Part shown: positions 1 through 10,274 of the stretch, piece after piece
Position numbering within the stretch: the first letter of the stretch is position 1
How the letters are laid out: each line of letters starts with the position of its first letter
DNA from: an uncultured Gammaproteobacteria bacterium
GTDB lineage: Bacteria; Pseudomonadota; Gammaproteobacteria; UBA9214
Length of the DNA: 64,000 nt
Reading direction: 5' to 3'
Assembly (NCBI GenBank): GCA_963748215.1
Contig: CAVVHS010000005.1
Location: 1 to 64,000 of the forward strand
Made by a program: the position numbers and the translations under genes
Notes under the pieces: model-generated
Database searches by the model: none
What the model saw: the letters and a program-made list of their open reading frames with translations, nothing else
What the model was told of the DNA's origin: nothing

Positions 1-584
1 CGATGCAGCCGGCCCATTCGTCGATCACAATCTGTGCCTCGACAGGACTGAGTCTGGCGACTTTCTCCAGGGCCGCATCCCGCAGCTCATCCGGCACCCA
101 GGTGGCGAATTCCACAACGCCGTTTTCATTTTCACTACTACTACGCTCTTTGGTAGTAGTCGGTGTTGTAGTAGTAGTTCTTTTTAGGTTTACATCAGTA
201 GTAGGTAATGCTCCCGGGCTTGACCGGACACGGTTCGGCCGTGTCCGGCTCAACCGTATCCGGCAATTCCGGATGTGGTGAAGTCTGCGATTTCCCGAAC
301 AAAGTAGGTGCCGCCACGGATGCGGCCGTGCCGGTCACGTGATGCGCACGTATCGCACATAACCGGCATCGCGGAGTTCCCGGAGCAGACGTGTAGATGC
401 CGTCGCGTCCTAGGTCGCCGCGCTTGCGCAGATCGTTGACCAGCACCTTCCAGTCGTCCGGCCGGGACAGCAGGTAGCCGAGCAGCCCCCTGGCCGCCCA
501 GGACAGGCGGCTATCCTCGACGGCGTGCTGGTCGATGATGACAAATCGATGGCGGCGGGGCGAACGGATAATGGTCTGACTCAT
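1..584 (-). CDS. Phage/IME replication-initiator-like HTH protein (frameshifted, runs off window start)
   Basis: N-term MSQTIIRSPRRHRFVIIDQHAVEDSRLSWAARGLLGYLLSRPDDW resembles phage replisome-organizer HTH N-termini. It is followed by PDT-type repeats and, in another frame, TTTTT/SSSS linker and DEWAG. At least two apparent frameshifts. Confidence 0.6.
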
Positions 585-832
585 GACCTCACCGGTACCG
601 ATGATGATCCGGGCGACCTCGAGGCCGGGTAATACACACGCCGACCGATCTTGCGACCGCAGGCCTTGAGCGCGCGCGTACTCGGGTCACTCGGGTAACT
701 GAGGCTGTAGCGCAGGCCACCGGTGGTACGACCGAGCAGTTCGGCCAGTTGCGTCTGCGATATCAGCAGACCGTAACGTTCGGTGATGTGGTTCTCCAGC
801 GTTACCGCGCTGGTGTTGATTTGCTCTTGCAT
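581..832 (-). CDS. Small DNA-binding HTH protein of the integrative element
   Basis: MQEQIN..RYGLLISQTQLAELLGRTTGGLRYSL..RKIGRRVYY excisionase-like winged HTH pattern; RBS AAGGAG upstream; stop overlaps the Rep start. Confidence 0.6.
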   Translation of the reverse strand: MQEQINTSAVTLENHITERYGLLISQTQLAELLGRTTGGLRYSLSYPSDPSTRALKACGRKIGRRVYYPASRSPGSSSVPVRS

Positions 833-1319
833 AGTCCGTGTTCTCCTTGTGTTTGACCTGGAGACACGAGATTGCACAACGCATTACACGTTTTCCAGAA
901 CAAAATGTTTAGCAGTACGCGAAGTTAATCGCCGGCGTTTATTGCTGAATAGCCTTGTCATTGACGTGCAATATTTTTCATTCATGTTCAATTGCTTTTT
1001 GAAGATTGCTTCGTCACTGCGTTCCTCGCAATGACTGGATGCGTTATGACTTCACCGCTAAAAACAGGCAAAAAACGCTACCGTTTTGCTAAACATTTAT
1101 TTTTGATTTGGCGATTTGTCCGGTGTTAGTGTCAGTGCATGCACGTGATGAGCAATCTGTGTCTCCAGTGGTTACTTGTGGACACACCAGCTTGCCATTA
1201 CGCGTGTACAAAAACACGTTCGAAAGATGGGCTCAAAAGGCGATCTTTCGAACATGATTCCGAACCGACTCGGAGCTATGCTCAACCGTTGGTCAACAGG
1301 AGATGCAATACAACCGCAC

Positions 1320-1543
1320 ATGAAACAACCTGAACCTATCACCCCGCGCCTGATCCGCTTCCGGGACGCACCCCGCTACCTGGGCATGGACCGGAACCGC
1401 TTTAACGCGAGGTCCGGCCCGTATCTGACGGAAATTCCGCATCGGACAACAAGGTATTGCCTTTGATCGACTTGAACTGGATGCCTGGGTAGACCACTAT
1501 AAGTCCCGCAACGGGCGTTCCGGTCAACTCAGAGGAGAATTGA
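1320..1543 (+). CDS. Excisionase/AlpA-like protein (frameshifted)
   Basis: MKQPEPITPRLIRFRDAPRYLGMDRNRFNA..PYLTEIP..GIAFDRLELDAWVDHYKSRNG pieced across frames, directly upstream of the integrase. Confidence 0.6.
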
Positions 1544-1544
1544 C

Positions 1545-2650
1545 ATGGGACGCAAAAGAACTGCCGGACTCTACAAGCGCAGCGGAATCTGGCACATCGA
1601 CAAACAGATCCGAGGCAGTCCGCATTTGCGAAAGCACTGGAGAAAGCAGCCTCGCAAAGGCGGAAGAATACCTCGCCAAGAAAACGGAGGAAGTCAGACA
1701 AGCGGTCATCTACGGTGTAAGGCCGAAACGCGCATTTCGGCTGGCCGCTACCAAGTACCTGAATGAGAACCAGCAGAAACGCCGCATCGCCGATACAGCG
1801 CTGCATCTGAAACAACTGGATCCCTACATCGGTAACCTGCCGATCGAATCGGTCCATATGGGAACATTGCAGCCCTTTATCGAGGCACGGCGCAAGCAGG
1901 GGATCAAGACCAAGAGCATCAACCTCGCTCTGGGCGTGGTACGGCACATTCTTAATCTGGCAGCATCGGAATGGCTGGATAAGAACAACCTGACCTGGTT
2001 GCACTCTCCACCAAAGATCAAGTTGCTGCCGGTGACAGACGCACGCAAGCCCTATCCGTTGTCCTGGGAAGAGCAGACGCGGCTGTTTAAGGAACTGCCT
2101 CCACATCTGGCACGGATGGCGCTGTTCAAGGTCAATACGGGTGCCGGAGAAAAGGAAGTGTGTTACCTGCGCTGGGAATGGGAAGTACCCGTTGCCGAAC
2201 TGGGTACCAGCGTATTCATCATCCCGGAAGATCGGGTGAAGAATGGTGAAGAACGCTTGCTGGTACTTAACCGGGTTGCAATGTCAGTCATCGAAGACGT
2301 CCGTGGTGAGCATCCTGATTACGTGTTCACCTATCGCGGCCATCCGATCACTGCCATGAACAACTCGGGTTGGCAACAGCGCACGCAAGCGTGTTGGTCT
2401 TTCTCTGGTTCGTGTCCACGACCTCAAGCACACATTCGGCCGTCGTTTACGGGCAGCAGGAGTAAGTTACGAGGATCGGCAGGACTTGTTGGGACACAAG
2501 TCAGGAAGAATCACCACACACTACTCGGCGGCTGAACTGGAGAACCTGATTGAAGCGGCCAACCGGGTGTGCGGAGAAAACTCCCGCAAAAGTCCCGCAC
2601 TGGTTTTGTTGAAACAAAAAGCGGCTACGGGACATACCGTAACCGCTTAA
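1545..2650 (+). CDS. Tyrosine recombinase/integrase (several frameshifts)
   Basis: MGRKRTAGLYKRSGIWHIDK start, middle part in ORF 1540..2535, C-term in another frame HDLKHTFGRRLRAAGVSYEDRQDLLGHKSGRITTHYS ending TAA at 2650. Confidence 0.85.
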
Positions 2651-2665
2651 TTTAACTTCGTAAAT

Positions 2666-2742
2666 TGGCGCGCCCGGAGAGATTCGAACTCCCGACCGCC
2701 TGGTTCGTAGCCAGGTACTCTATCCAGCTGAGCTACGGGCGC
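2666..2742 (-). tRNA. tRNA-Arg(ACG)
   Basis: Reverse complement GCGCCCGTAGCTCAGCTGGATAGAGTACCTGGCT-ACG-AACCAGGCGGTCGGGAGTTCGAATCTCTCCGGGCGCGCCA. Confidence 0.97.
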
Positions 2743-3082
2743 GTGGATAACAGGCGAGGAATTATACAGAAAAATCCCCGGCCGTCATGGCCGCACCGGC
2801 AGGATTTGCGGATTATTTCATTCGGTCCGGCAGGTGGAGGGGGAACTCATCGAAATGGGTGGTCACTGAACAAACCCAGGCACCCTCGCATGAGCGGCAT
2901 GCCAGCGCAGGAATGCAGGGGCCGCGCTCACTTCCTGACAAGCTGTCTGCGCCGTTGCCTGTATCCCATTGTATTAACGGGCGATTGGTATCACGCTCCG
3001 ATAACATCAGCCATTCGTGGGGAGGACCAGCGGTCGGGAAGGCGGTCCGGGAACCTCCTGCAGCAGCTTACCGCGGATCGTG

Positions 3083-3631
3083 CTACCAGCCCGACGTGCC
3101 GGGCTCACCCTTGAACGGGCCGACGATATCGTCGGTGATCCAGCCACCGTAGAAGCCACCCGCCTGCGCGCGCACCCGCTCGCCATCGACATAGCATTCC
3201 AGCCGGCCCGGATAAAACGCCAGATAATTTCGTATCGCGGCGAACTGGGCAGAGGGTTCCGGGTAAGTCCAGGCCGCCTGCTCCACACAGTCCTCACCCG
3301 CGCAGACATCGAAATAGTTTGCCCGCCCCTTCCATTCACAATAGCTGCCCTGCGTACCGAGGCGCAGGCAGTTGCGTTGTACGGAATCCGGCGGCAGGTA
3401 AAAGGTCGGCGGGCTGGCGGTCTCCAGTATCCGCCGGGCAGCACGGGTCTCGGCAATGAGCACATCATGTAGCCGGACCTGGACGAGGCGTGTGTCAGCC
3501 ACGATCACCGGCGGGCGCGGGTAATCCCATACCGATTCCTGACCGGGGCCCGGCACCACCGCACCGGCGGGCCGTGCCTGGCCGTGCAGCTGCCAGCCAT
3601 GCAGGGTGTGCCTGGGGTCGTCGTCAGTCAT
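3083..3631 (-). CDS. DUF427 family protein
   Basis: QESVWDYPRPP, ILETASPPTFYLP, SYCEWKG, FYGGWIT motifs. Confidence 0.85.
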   Translation of the reverse strand: MTDDDPRHTLHGWQLHGQARPAGAVVPGPGQESVWDYPRPPVIVADTRLVQVRLHDVLIAETRAARRILETASPPTFYLPPDSVQRNCLRLGTQGSYCEWKGRANYFDVCAGEDCVEQAAWTYPEPSAQFAAIRNYLAFYPGRLECYVDGERVRAQAGGFYGGWITDDIVGPFKGEPGTSGW

Positions 3632-3803
3632 GGTGATTCAGAGTATAGACAAGCGCAAAAGATTTAATCTCCGGTTGTTGCCCGCACCGGCCCCTGTCGA
3701 TACGCGCCCACCGAAGGTATTTATCATGGTGTGACGCATGCTCCCAAAGGCAGGCCGAACGTTTTTTCAGACGATGTGTGTGCCTGAATAACGGTAGCCT
3801 CTC

Positions 3804-3962
3804 TCAACGTCCGCCGTTACCCGCGCCCCGCCGGTACAGGATGCGTGCCGTAATGAGCACCAGCAGCAACAGCAGGCCAACGGGATAGGGAATGATGCCC
3901 GCAAGGAAGGCCAGCAGGGTCGCTGACAACAGCACCACCAGCACGACAAGCACAGGGTCCAT
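3804..3962 (-). CDS. Small membrane protein (52 aa)
   Basis: MDPVLVVLVVLLSATLLAFLAGIIPYPVGLLLLLVLITARIL two-TM hairpin just downstream of the permease. Confidence 0.6.
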   Translation of the reverse strand: MDPVLVVLVVLLSATLLAFLAGIIPYPVGLLLLLVLITARILYRRGAGNGGR

Positions 3963-3978
3963 GAAATTTGCCCATCCG

Positions 3979-6468
3979 TCACTGGTTGCGCAACAGCAGC
4001 ATCGGGCTGCGCTCGAGCACGGACCGCGTACCCCAGAAGCCGGCCGCGCCGATGAGCAGCGCGCCCGCGACCGGCGTGATAACCCATACCGGCCACTGGA
4101 GACTGTGCTCGAGGTGCAGCACCTCCCGGTACAACACCCAGGCCAGGCATTCCGTGCCCATCGCCGCCAGCAGGCCCGCCAGTCCGCCCAGTGCGGCGAA
4201 CTCGGCCAGGTGTCCGGCCCGCAGCTGGCGGCGGCTGCCACCGAGCGCGCGCAGGAGTGCCCCTTCATACAGCCGGTCATCCTGGCTGGCCTGCAGGGCG
4301 GCGAACAGCACGGCAAAACCCGCCAGCAGGGTAAAGACCAGCACGTACTCCACCGCCAGCGAGACCTGCCGCAGGATACGCCCGACCTGCTCGATCACCT
4401 GGTCCATCTCCAGCACGGTCACCGACGGGAATCGGGCCACCAGCTCGCGCAGCAACGACTTGTCTGCTTTCTGCAGATAGAAACTGGTGATGTAGGTGGC
4501 GGGAAACTGCTCGATGACCTGCGGCGGGAACACCATGTAGAAGTTCGGGCGGAACGAGTCCCACTGCACGCTGCGGATACTGGCCACCTCAGCGGTGAAG
4601 CGCTGTTCGCCGACCGCGAAGCGCAGCGCGTCACCCTGCTCTATTCCCATGCGCTCGGCGAGCTTCGCTTCCACCGATACCAGCGGCTTGCCCGTGTCGT
4701 CCGGCTGCCACCAGCGTCCCGCGAGGATGTGATTGTCTGCCTGCAGGGTCGTACTCCAGGTCAGGTTGAGTTCCCGGTTCAGGGCATTGTCATCGCGCGC
4801 CTCCTTGGTCACGGCCTCGCGCACGGCCGTGCCGTTGATCTCCACCAGCCGGCCGCGCACCATGGGATAGAGCTGCGCGGTTTCGATGCCGGCCTCGTCC
4901 ATGAACGCACTAAACGCCGCGACCTGCTCCGGCAGGATGTTGATGGCGAAGTGATCGGGCGCGTCAACGGGCAGCTGACGCTGCCAGGTCGTGACCAGGT
5001 CCGTGCGCACCAGGGCGACCACCGCCATCGCCATCAGCGTCAGGCCGAATGCCATGATCTGGCTGACACTGCCGCCGCGGCGGCGCCAGAGATTGTTCAG
5101 GCCGAATCGCCACGCCACGCCGACGCGGGTATTCAGGCGCCGGCTCAGCACCAGCAACAGCAAGGCAAACAGACCCAGCAAGGCGGCCAGCGCGCTACCG
5201 CCGGCCAGCACCGACAGCGTTAACGGCCAGCTGTCGGTATAGCGCCACATCAGCGCCACGATGGCGCCCAGGGCGGCACCATAGACCAGCCAGGCCTGGC
5301 TCGGCATGGGCAGCAGGTCACGCCGCAGCACCCGCAGGGGCGGCACCCCTTTCAGGCGCAGCACGGGCGGCAGCGCGAAGCCGACCAGCGTGATCAGGCC
5401 GGTGGCGAATCCCGCCAGCAGCGGCCAGGCCTGCGGCGCCGAGCGCGCGGCGGGCAGCAGGTCGGCCAGCAGATAGACCAGGCCGTACTGGGCCACCCAG
5501 CCGATGAAACAGCCGACGGCCGAGGCGACCAGGCCGATCACCAGCAGCTGCGGCAGGTAGAGACCGAGCAGATCGCGCTGCGAGGCACCCATGCAGCGCA
5601 GGATGGCGCTCATATCGAAATGCCGTTCGCTGTAGCGCCGCGCCGCCATGGCCACCGCGACCCCGGCGAGCACGATCGCCGCCAGCACGGCGAGACCGAG
5701 GTAACGTTCCGCCCGTTCCAGGGCCGAGCCCACGGCCCGGCGACCTTCTTTCACGCCGACCAGTTCGTGGCTGGGGCCCAGGCGCGGCTCGAGCCAGCCC
5801 CGGAATTCCGCCAGCTCGGCCTCGCCGCCCGCAAACAGGTACCGGTAGGACAGCCGGCTGCCCGGCTGGACCACGCCGGTTGCCGGGACATCCGCCAGCC
5901 GGATCAGGAGACGCGGCGAGATACCGAACGGATTCCCGACCTGGCCGGGTTCGAAGGTGATCACACGGGTTATGGTAAACGCCGTGGCGCCGACCTCCAC
6001 GGCGTCGCCCACCTGCAGGCCGAGGGTCGTAAGCAGGCGCGGCGCCGCCCACGCCTCCCCAGGCCGGGGCAGCGCTGTCGTCTCGACATCGGCGTCGAAC
6101 GGGGCCGGCGCGGTCCGCAACCGGCCCCGCAGCGGGAAGCCGTCCTGCACCGCCTTCACACTGGACAGCTGCAGGTCGTCGCCACCCACCACCACGCTGG
6201 CGAACTCGAGGGTCTCGATTGCCTGCAGCCCGGTGGCCCGGGCCTCATGGAGCCAGGCGGCATCCACCGGTCGCGGGCTGGTCAGGGCCAGGTCGGCGCC
6301 GAGAAAGTCCGCTGACTGGTTGACCATGCCGCGTCCCAGCCGGTCGGTGAAGAAGCCGATGGTCGTGCTGGCCGCCACGGCAATCACCAGGGCGACGACC
6401 AGGATACGCTGTTCCCCGGAGCGCCAGCTCCGGGCCAGCAGCCGCATGGACAGGCGCCAGCGGATCAC
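3979..6468 (-). CDS. ybbP: ABC transporter permease, FtsX/YbbP-like
   Basis: Two FtsX-type halves, VQWDSFRPNF motif, GTGA overlap with the ATPase. Confidence 0.88.
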   Translation of the reverse strand: MIRWRLSMRLLARSWRSGEQRILVVALVIAVAASTTIGFFTDRLGRGMVNQSADFLGADLALTSPRPVDAAWLHEARATGLQAIETLEFASVVVGGDDLQLSSVKAVQDGFPLRGRLRTAPAPFDADVETTALPRPGEAWAAPRLLTTLGLQVGDAVEVGATAFTITRVITFEPGQVGNPFGISPRLLIRLADVPATGVVQPGSRLSYRYLFAGGEAELAEFRGWLEPRLGPSHELVGVKEGRRAVGSALERAERYLGLAVLAAIVLAGVAVAMAARRYSERHFDMSAILRCMGASQRDLLGLYLPQLLVIGLVASAVGCFIGWVAQYGLVYLLADLLPAARSAPQAWPLLAGFATGLITLVGFALPPVLRLKGVPPLRVLRRDLLPMPSQAWLVYGAALGAIVALMWRYTDSWPLTLSVLAGGSALAALLGLFALLLLVLSRRLNTRVGVAWRFGLNNLWRRRGGSVSQIMAFGLTLMAMAVVALVRTDLVTTWQRQLPVDAPDHFAINILPEQVAAFSAFMDEAGIETAQLYPMVRGRLVEINGTAVREAVTKEARDDNALNRELNLTWSTTLQADNHILAGRWWQPDDTGKPLVSVEAKLAERMGIEQGDALRFAVGEQRFTAEVASIRSVQWDSFRPNFYMVFPPQVIEQFPATYITSFYLQKADKSLLRELVARFPSVTVLEMDQVIEQVGRILRQVSLAVEYVLVFTLLAGFAVLFAALQASQDDRLYEGALLRALGGSRRQLRAGHLAEFAALGGLAGLLAAMGTECLAWVLYREVLHLEHSLQWPVWVITPVAGALLIGAAGFWGTRSVLERSPMLLLRNQ

Positions 6469-7172
6469 GCGGGGCGCGCCTCCTGTTGATCGGAGACCAC
6501 CCGGCCGGCCTCCAGGCGGATAAGGCGCTCGCAACGGCCGGCCAGGTGCTCGTCATGGGTGACGAGCACCAGGGTGGTGCCCTTGTCCTGGTTGAGACGA
6601 AACAGTACATCGATCACCCGTTCGCCGGTCACATTGTCGAGATTGCCCGTCGGCTCGTCGGCAAACAGGATGGCGGGATCGGTGGCGAAGGCGCGCGCAA
6701 TCGCCACCCGCTGCTGTTCGCCGCCCGAGAGCTGTTTCGGATAATGCTGCAGGCGCCCTGCCAGTCCGACGCGACCCAGCAACTCCGACGCACGCGCCTG
6801 CGGCTCCGGCCGCCCGGCCAGTTCCAGCGGCAGCATGACATTCTCGAGCGCCGTCAGTCCGGGCAACAGCTGGAAGGACTGGAACACGAAACCCACCAGT
6901 TCGCCGCGCACCCGGGCCCGGCCGTCTTCATCCAGGTCATTGAGTCGATAGCGGGACAGGAACACCTCGCCGTCGGAAGGGAGATCCAGCCCGGCAAGCA
7001 GTCCCAGCAGGGTCGACTTGCCAGACCCGGAAACGCCGGTAATGGCCACGGTCTCCCCGAGCCGGATCTCGAATCCGATGTCCGTGAGGATATCCAGCGG
7101 ACCGGCGGCAGTATCCACACGTTTACTCAAGTTTCGGGCGGCTATCATGGTGGTATGCTTTGATCTCGCCAT
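6465..7172 (-). CDS. ybbA: ABC transporter ATP-binding protein
   Basis: GVSGSGKST, LSGGEQQRV, FADEPTGNLD. Confidence 0.9.
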   Translation of the reverse strand: MARSKHTTMIAARNLSKRVDTAAGPLDILTDIGFEIRLGETVAITGVSGSGKSTLLGLLAGLDLPSDGEVFLSRYRLNDLDEDGRARVRGELVGFVFQSFQLLPGLTALENVMLPLELAGRPEPQARASELLGRVGLAGRLQHYPKQLSGGEQQRVAIARAFATDPAILFADEPTGNLDNVTGERVIDVLFRLNQDKGTTLVLVTHDEHLAGRCERLIRLEAGRVVSDQQEARPA

Positions 7173-7848
7173 GCTGAATAGAATCCTGCTCCTGCTGTTG
7201 CTGTGCCTGCCGAATACGGCGCCTGCCGGTATCATACTGGTTGTCGGCGACAGTCTCAGCGCCGCCTACGGCATACCTGTTGAACAGGGCTGGGTCGCCC
7301 TGCTCGCCGAGCGCCTGGATACCCGGGAATATCCCTTCCGGATCGTCAATGCCAGCATCAGCGGCGACACCACCGCCAATGCCCGCGCCCGCTTGCCCGA
7401 TGCCCTGGCCAGCCATGCACCGTCCGTGGTGTTGCTGGCGCTCGGTGGCAATGACGGCCTGCGCGCCCTGTCCCTCGAAGCAATGAAGGACAATCTGGCT
7501 GCCATGATTGCCAGCGCGCGGAAAGCAGGCGCACAAATACTGCTTATCGGTGTGCAGCTGCCTCCCAACTATGGTCCCCGATACACCGAAAGGTTCCAGG
7601 CCGTTTACCGCGAACTTGCCCGGGAACATGACACGGCCCTGCTGCCTTCGCTCGTGGACGGCATCGGCACAAAGCAAAGCCTGATGCAGCCGGATGGCAT
7701 TCATCCCAATGCCGCCGCCCAGCCCCTGATACGGGACCGCGTCTGGGAGACACTGGAGCCGCTGCTGGAGCGGACAGATAATATCCGGGCCTTGGCCAAC
7801 CCGGGTCAGAACGCAGTTTCCGCTGATACTGAAAAACCTGCGCCCTGA
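7171..7848 (+). CDS. tesA: Arylesterase/acyl-CoA thioesterase I (SGNH)
   Basis: GDSLSAAYG, NASISGDTT, GGNDGLR, DGIHP; divergent from ybbA as in E. coli. Confidence 0.9.
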   Translation: MLNRILLLLLLCLPNTAPAGIILVVGDSLSAAYGIPVEQGWVALLAERLDTREYPFRIVNASISGDTTANARARLPDALASHAPSVVLLALGGNDGLRALSLEAMKDNLAAMIASARKAGAQILLIGVQLPPNYGPRYTERFQAVYRELAREHDTALLPSLVDGIGTKQSLMQPDGIHPNAAAQPLIRDRVWETLEPLLERTDNIRALANPGQNAVSADTEKPAP

Positions 7849-8128
7849 CAGGCTGCAATCCGCACGCTGTCATGACGTCGACGCTGCACTTTTTGCATGG
7901 CGCAGTGTCGAGCCTGCTCATGCTGAAACTGGCGAGTGGCTGGCAACAGGGATTGCGTGGCCTGCATCTCGCCGGGGTTGTTCGCTGCGCTCGCGCTTCA
8001 TCGCTCCCGGCGAGTATGAACAGCGACACAAGACGGCGCTGGCCCGAAGGGCGGAGAACCTGAATGTACAGAGTAATCCACCATCAATCATTCATAGAAA
8101 AAAGGGCCTCGCGACCCCTTTTTTTGCA

Positions 8129-8147
8129 TGGCGGAGAGGGAGGGATT
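8129..8147 (-). repeat. Copy of tRNA-Ser 3' 19 nt (att-like/RtT-like unit end)
   Basis: TGGCGGAGAGGGAGGGATT identical to 12665, 12841 and 13018; terminator hairpin AAAAAAGGGCCTCGCGACCCCTTTTTT next to it. Confidence 0.85.
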
Positions 8148-8330
8148 GCCGGGCACTTCCCTGTGTCCGGCCCTTCAGGTTCGCTGCGCAAAACGCTGGG
8201 AGCCCACCGAATCAGCCCGCCACTGCGTCAATCCCTTCGTCCATGCAAGCATTGCAATGACACTATTATTCAGTGTGTTATATAGTACTTCTGCGGTACT
8301 TTCACAAAATAACGCCCCGTTAGACTCAGG

Positions 8331-8948
8331 TCAGTCGTCCCATCGACCCACACCCGGAATCACCACCTGGTGCTCGTTGTAGACGCCGGTATCGGCGCTG
8401 CGATGACAGGCCTGGCAGTTACTGAAACTGCCCACCGCCGTATTACCCTGAATGAATCTCGCCGGAATCTCGTAGTGCTCGCGGCGGAAATAGTCCGTCT
8501 CCGTGATTCGAGGTAGCGCATTTGAGGCAGCCGAACCCCTGGCGAAAGCACGCGAGCGGGACTGGCCTGCATGATCAGCCGCGTTGACGATGAGATAACG
8601 ACGAATTTCATCGGCCGTTTGCTGGTCGAGTGACGCATCATCGCCGTAATGGTCATCCAGTGCGCTGATGATACGTTCCCAGGACTGTTGTGGCAGCAAC
8701 CCCGGCTGATAGGCGAAGTGACAGGCACCACACTCATTGCTGTAGGTGTCGCTCACAACCGGTCGCACATCCGGGCGCGATCCGGGCCAGGCACTTCGGC
8801 GGACGCTGTCCTCACGGTCGTCCGACTCGCGATGGTTTTGATAGCGCACTTCATCTTCCCGTTCGTCCTCTCCGGAGGAACTCATTACGGTGCCGATGGT
8901 GGCGACGGAAAGGATTCCGATAACAATCATGATAATGGTCTTTTTCAT
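8331..8948 (-). CDS. Diheme cytochrome c (DHC family)
   Basis: Signal anchor; ECGACH and NCQACH; YQPGLLP..SW, LDDHYGDDASLD, PRITET. Confidence 0.88.
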   Translation of the reverse strand: MKKTIIMIVIGILSVATIGTVMSSSGEDEREDEVRYQNHRESDDREDSVRRSAWPGSRPDVRPVVSDTYSNECGACHFAYQPGLLPQQSWERIISALDDHYGDDASLDQQTADEIRRYLIVNAADHAGQSRSRAFARGSAASNALPRITETDYFRREHYEIPARFIQGNTAVGSFSNCQACHRSADTGVYNEHQVVIPGVGRWDD

Positions 8949-8971
8949 GGCAATGCTCCTTTGTGTATTTC

Positions 8972-9367
8972 TCATTGACTGGTCAGGTATTGAATGAAGT
9001 CGCCCTTTTCCTGCGGCGTACATTCACGCCCGAGTGTCCACCGGCAGTTCCGGCGGAACCATTTCTCGACCTTTTCCGGGTCACTCAGTCGTGCGGGATT
9101 GACCGAAACAGCCATGGGCTCGATAGGCTTTCCGGTTTCGATGTGCTTGCCGGGCCGGCCTGGATCCGTCCCGTGACAAGTGGCACAACTCCGCGTGCCC
9201 GCAGCGCCGGCAGATTGATGTGTCTGTGTCCATGCGGACCCACCCGCCTCCGCCGAAAAGGGTCCAGCACCGGCACTTCGATAGCCCTGCATCAGATCCG
9301 CGCCGGACGCAAGGGCCGCGCCGGTGAACAGGATCCCTGCCACGCCAAAGACAATCTTCGATTTCAT
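8972..9367 (-). CDS. SHP-like/DUF1924 monoheme cytochrome c
   Basis: Signal peptide, SCATCH, GKPIEPMAVSVNP, KVEKWFRRNCRWTLGRECT. Confidence 0.85.
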   Translation of the reverse strand: MKSKIVFGVAGILFTGAALASGADLMQGYRSAGAGPFSAEAGGSAWTQTHQSAGAAGTRSCATCHGTDPGRPGKHIETGKPIEPMAVSVNPARLSDPEKVEKWFRRNCRWTLGRECTPQEKGDFIQYLTSQ

Positions 9368-9978
9368 TGTGTTTCCCTCCGTTTCTTTCCCGTGACCATG
9401 GCCACGATCAGGTTTTCGCGATGCTGCAAACTGGCCCACACCACCCCGACGACATGCAGGACGACGAGCAGCAGCGTCAGGTTGGCCAGGAACTCGTGCA
9501 TAACCTCGAATCCGGGTACCCAGCCCACCGGCAGGCCACCGAGCAACGGCGCCATGGGGCCCGACAGTTCCTGCGCGCCATAGACAGCCAGCCCGCTGAG
9601 GCCAGTGGCGGCCAGGCTCACGATGAGCGCTACCACCATGGCACCACCTGCAGGATTGTGTCCGAGGAAACGGGCAGCCCTCGATCGGACGGCGTCTTTC
9701 AGATAGGCAACGATTTCGGCCGGCTCCTTCACAAAGTCTGACCAGCGGGCGTGGCGCGGCCCCGCAAATCCCCACAGCAGCCGGACGGCAATCAGGCCGA
9801 GGATGACGTAGCCTGCCCACACATGCAGGGCAAGCCAGTCATCTTCGGCCACGTACGCAATCGTGAAACCCGCTGCCAGACTCCAGTGGAACAGGCGCAC
9901 CAGCGGATCCCAGACGCGCACCATCCCTGGCTGTGCCACAGGGGTGGTGCTGGTGGATAAACATGTTGTTTCGTTCAT
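9364..9978 (-). CDS. Cytochrome b/b6-domain protein (Ni/Fe-hydrogenase b-type)
   Basis: VWDPLVRLFHW, HVWAGY, GHNPAG, HEFLAN, LHVVGV, ENLIVAMVTG. Confidence 0.88.
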   Translation of the reverse strand: MNETTCLSTSTTPVAQPGMVRVWDPLVRLFHWSLAAGFTIAYVAEDDWLALHVWAGYVILGLIAVRLLWGFAGPRHARWSDFVKEPAEIVAYLKDAVRSRAARFLGHNPAGGAMVVALIVSLAATGLSGLAVYGAQELSGPMAPLLGGLPVGWVPGFEVMHEFLANLTLLLVVLHVVGVVWASLQHRENLIVAMVTGKKRRETQ

Positions 9979-10209
9979 GGCTGGCCTCTCGATAGTTGCC
10001 TTTCAGGGTCAAGCGTCACTGGATGTGCCTGCGCCGGTGGCGGATGTCCTCGACTGCCGATACGCCCGTGGACGCGGCACCGGAGGTGACGCCGGACAGG
10101 AATGGAATCAGGCTTTGTTTCATGGGTGATGCCTCCGTCGCCAGGCCGGCATCGAAGTCGTCATCAGACACGACTCCGCTTCCGATGCTTGTTAATCTAG
10201 CGCAAGGGT

Positions 10210-10249
10210 CCTGACCGACCCCTGAACACCGTTGTCAGCCTTTTGTCAG
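10210..10249. promoter_or_regulatory. OmpR-family tandem half-sites in a divergent promoter
   Basis: CCTGAC(10210), CCTGAA(10221), TTGTCAG(10232), TTGTCAG(10243), all 11-bp phased. Confidence 0.55.
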
Positions 10250-10274
10250 GTAACACTGCGCCATAATCAGGGCC

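Larger units (their letters stand above)
1..2665. mobile_element. Border of an integrative element (prophage/satellite/IME) at tRNA-Arg
   Basis: int-xis-HTH-Rep cluster ending 15 bp from the tRNA 3' end; more AT-rich than the core; other end outside the window. Confidence 0.75.

Noticed and set aside
2665-3114. 149-aa ORF
   Set aside because: Overlaps tRNA-Arg antisense; spurious
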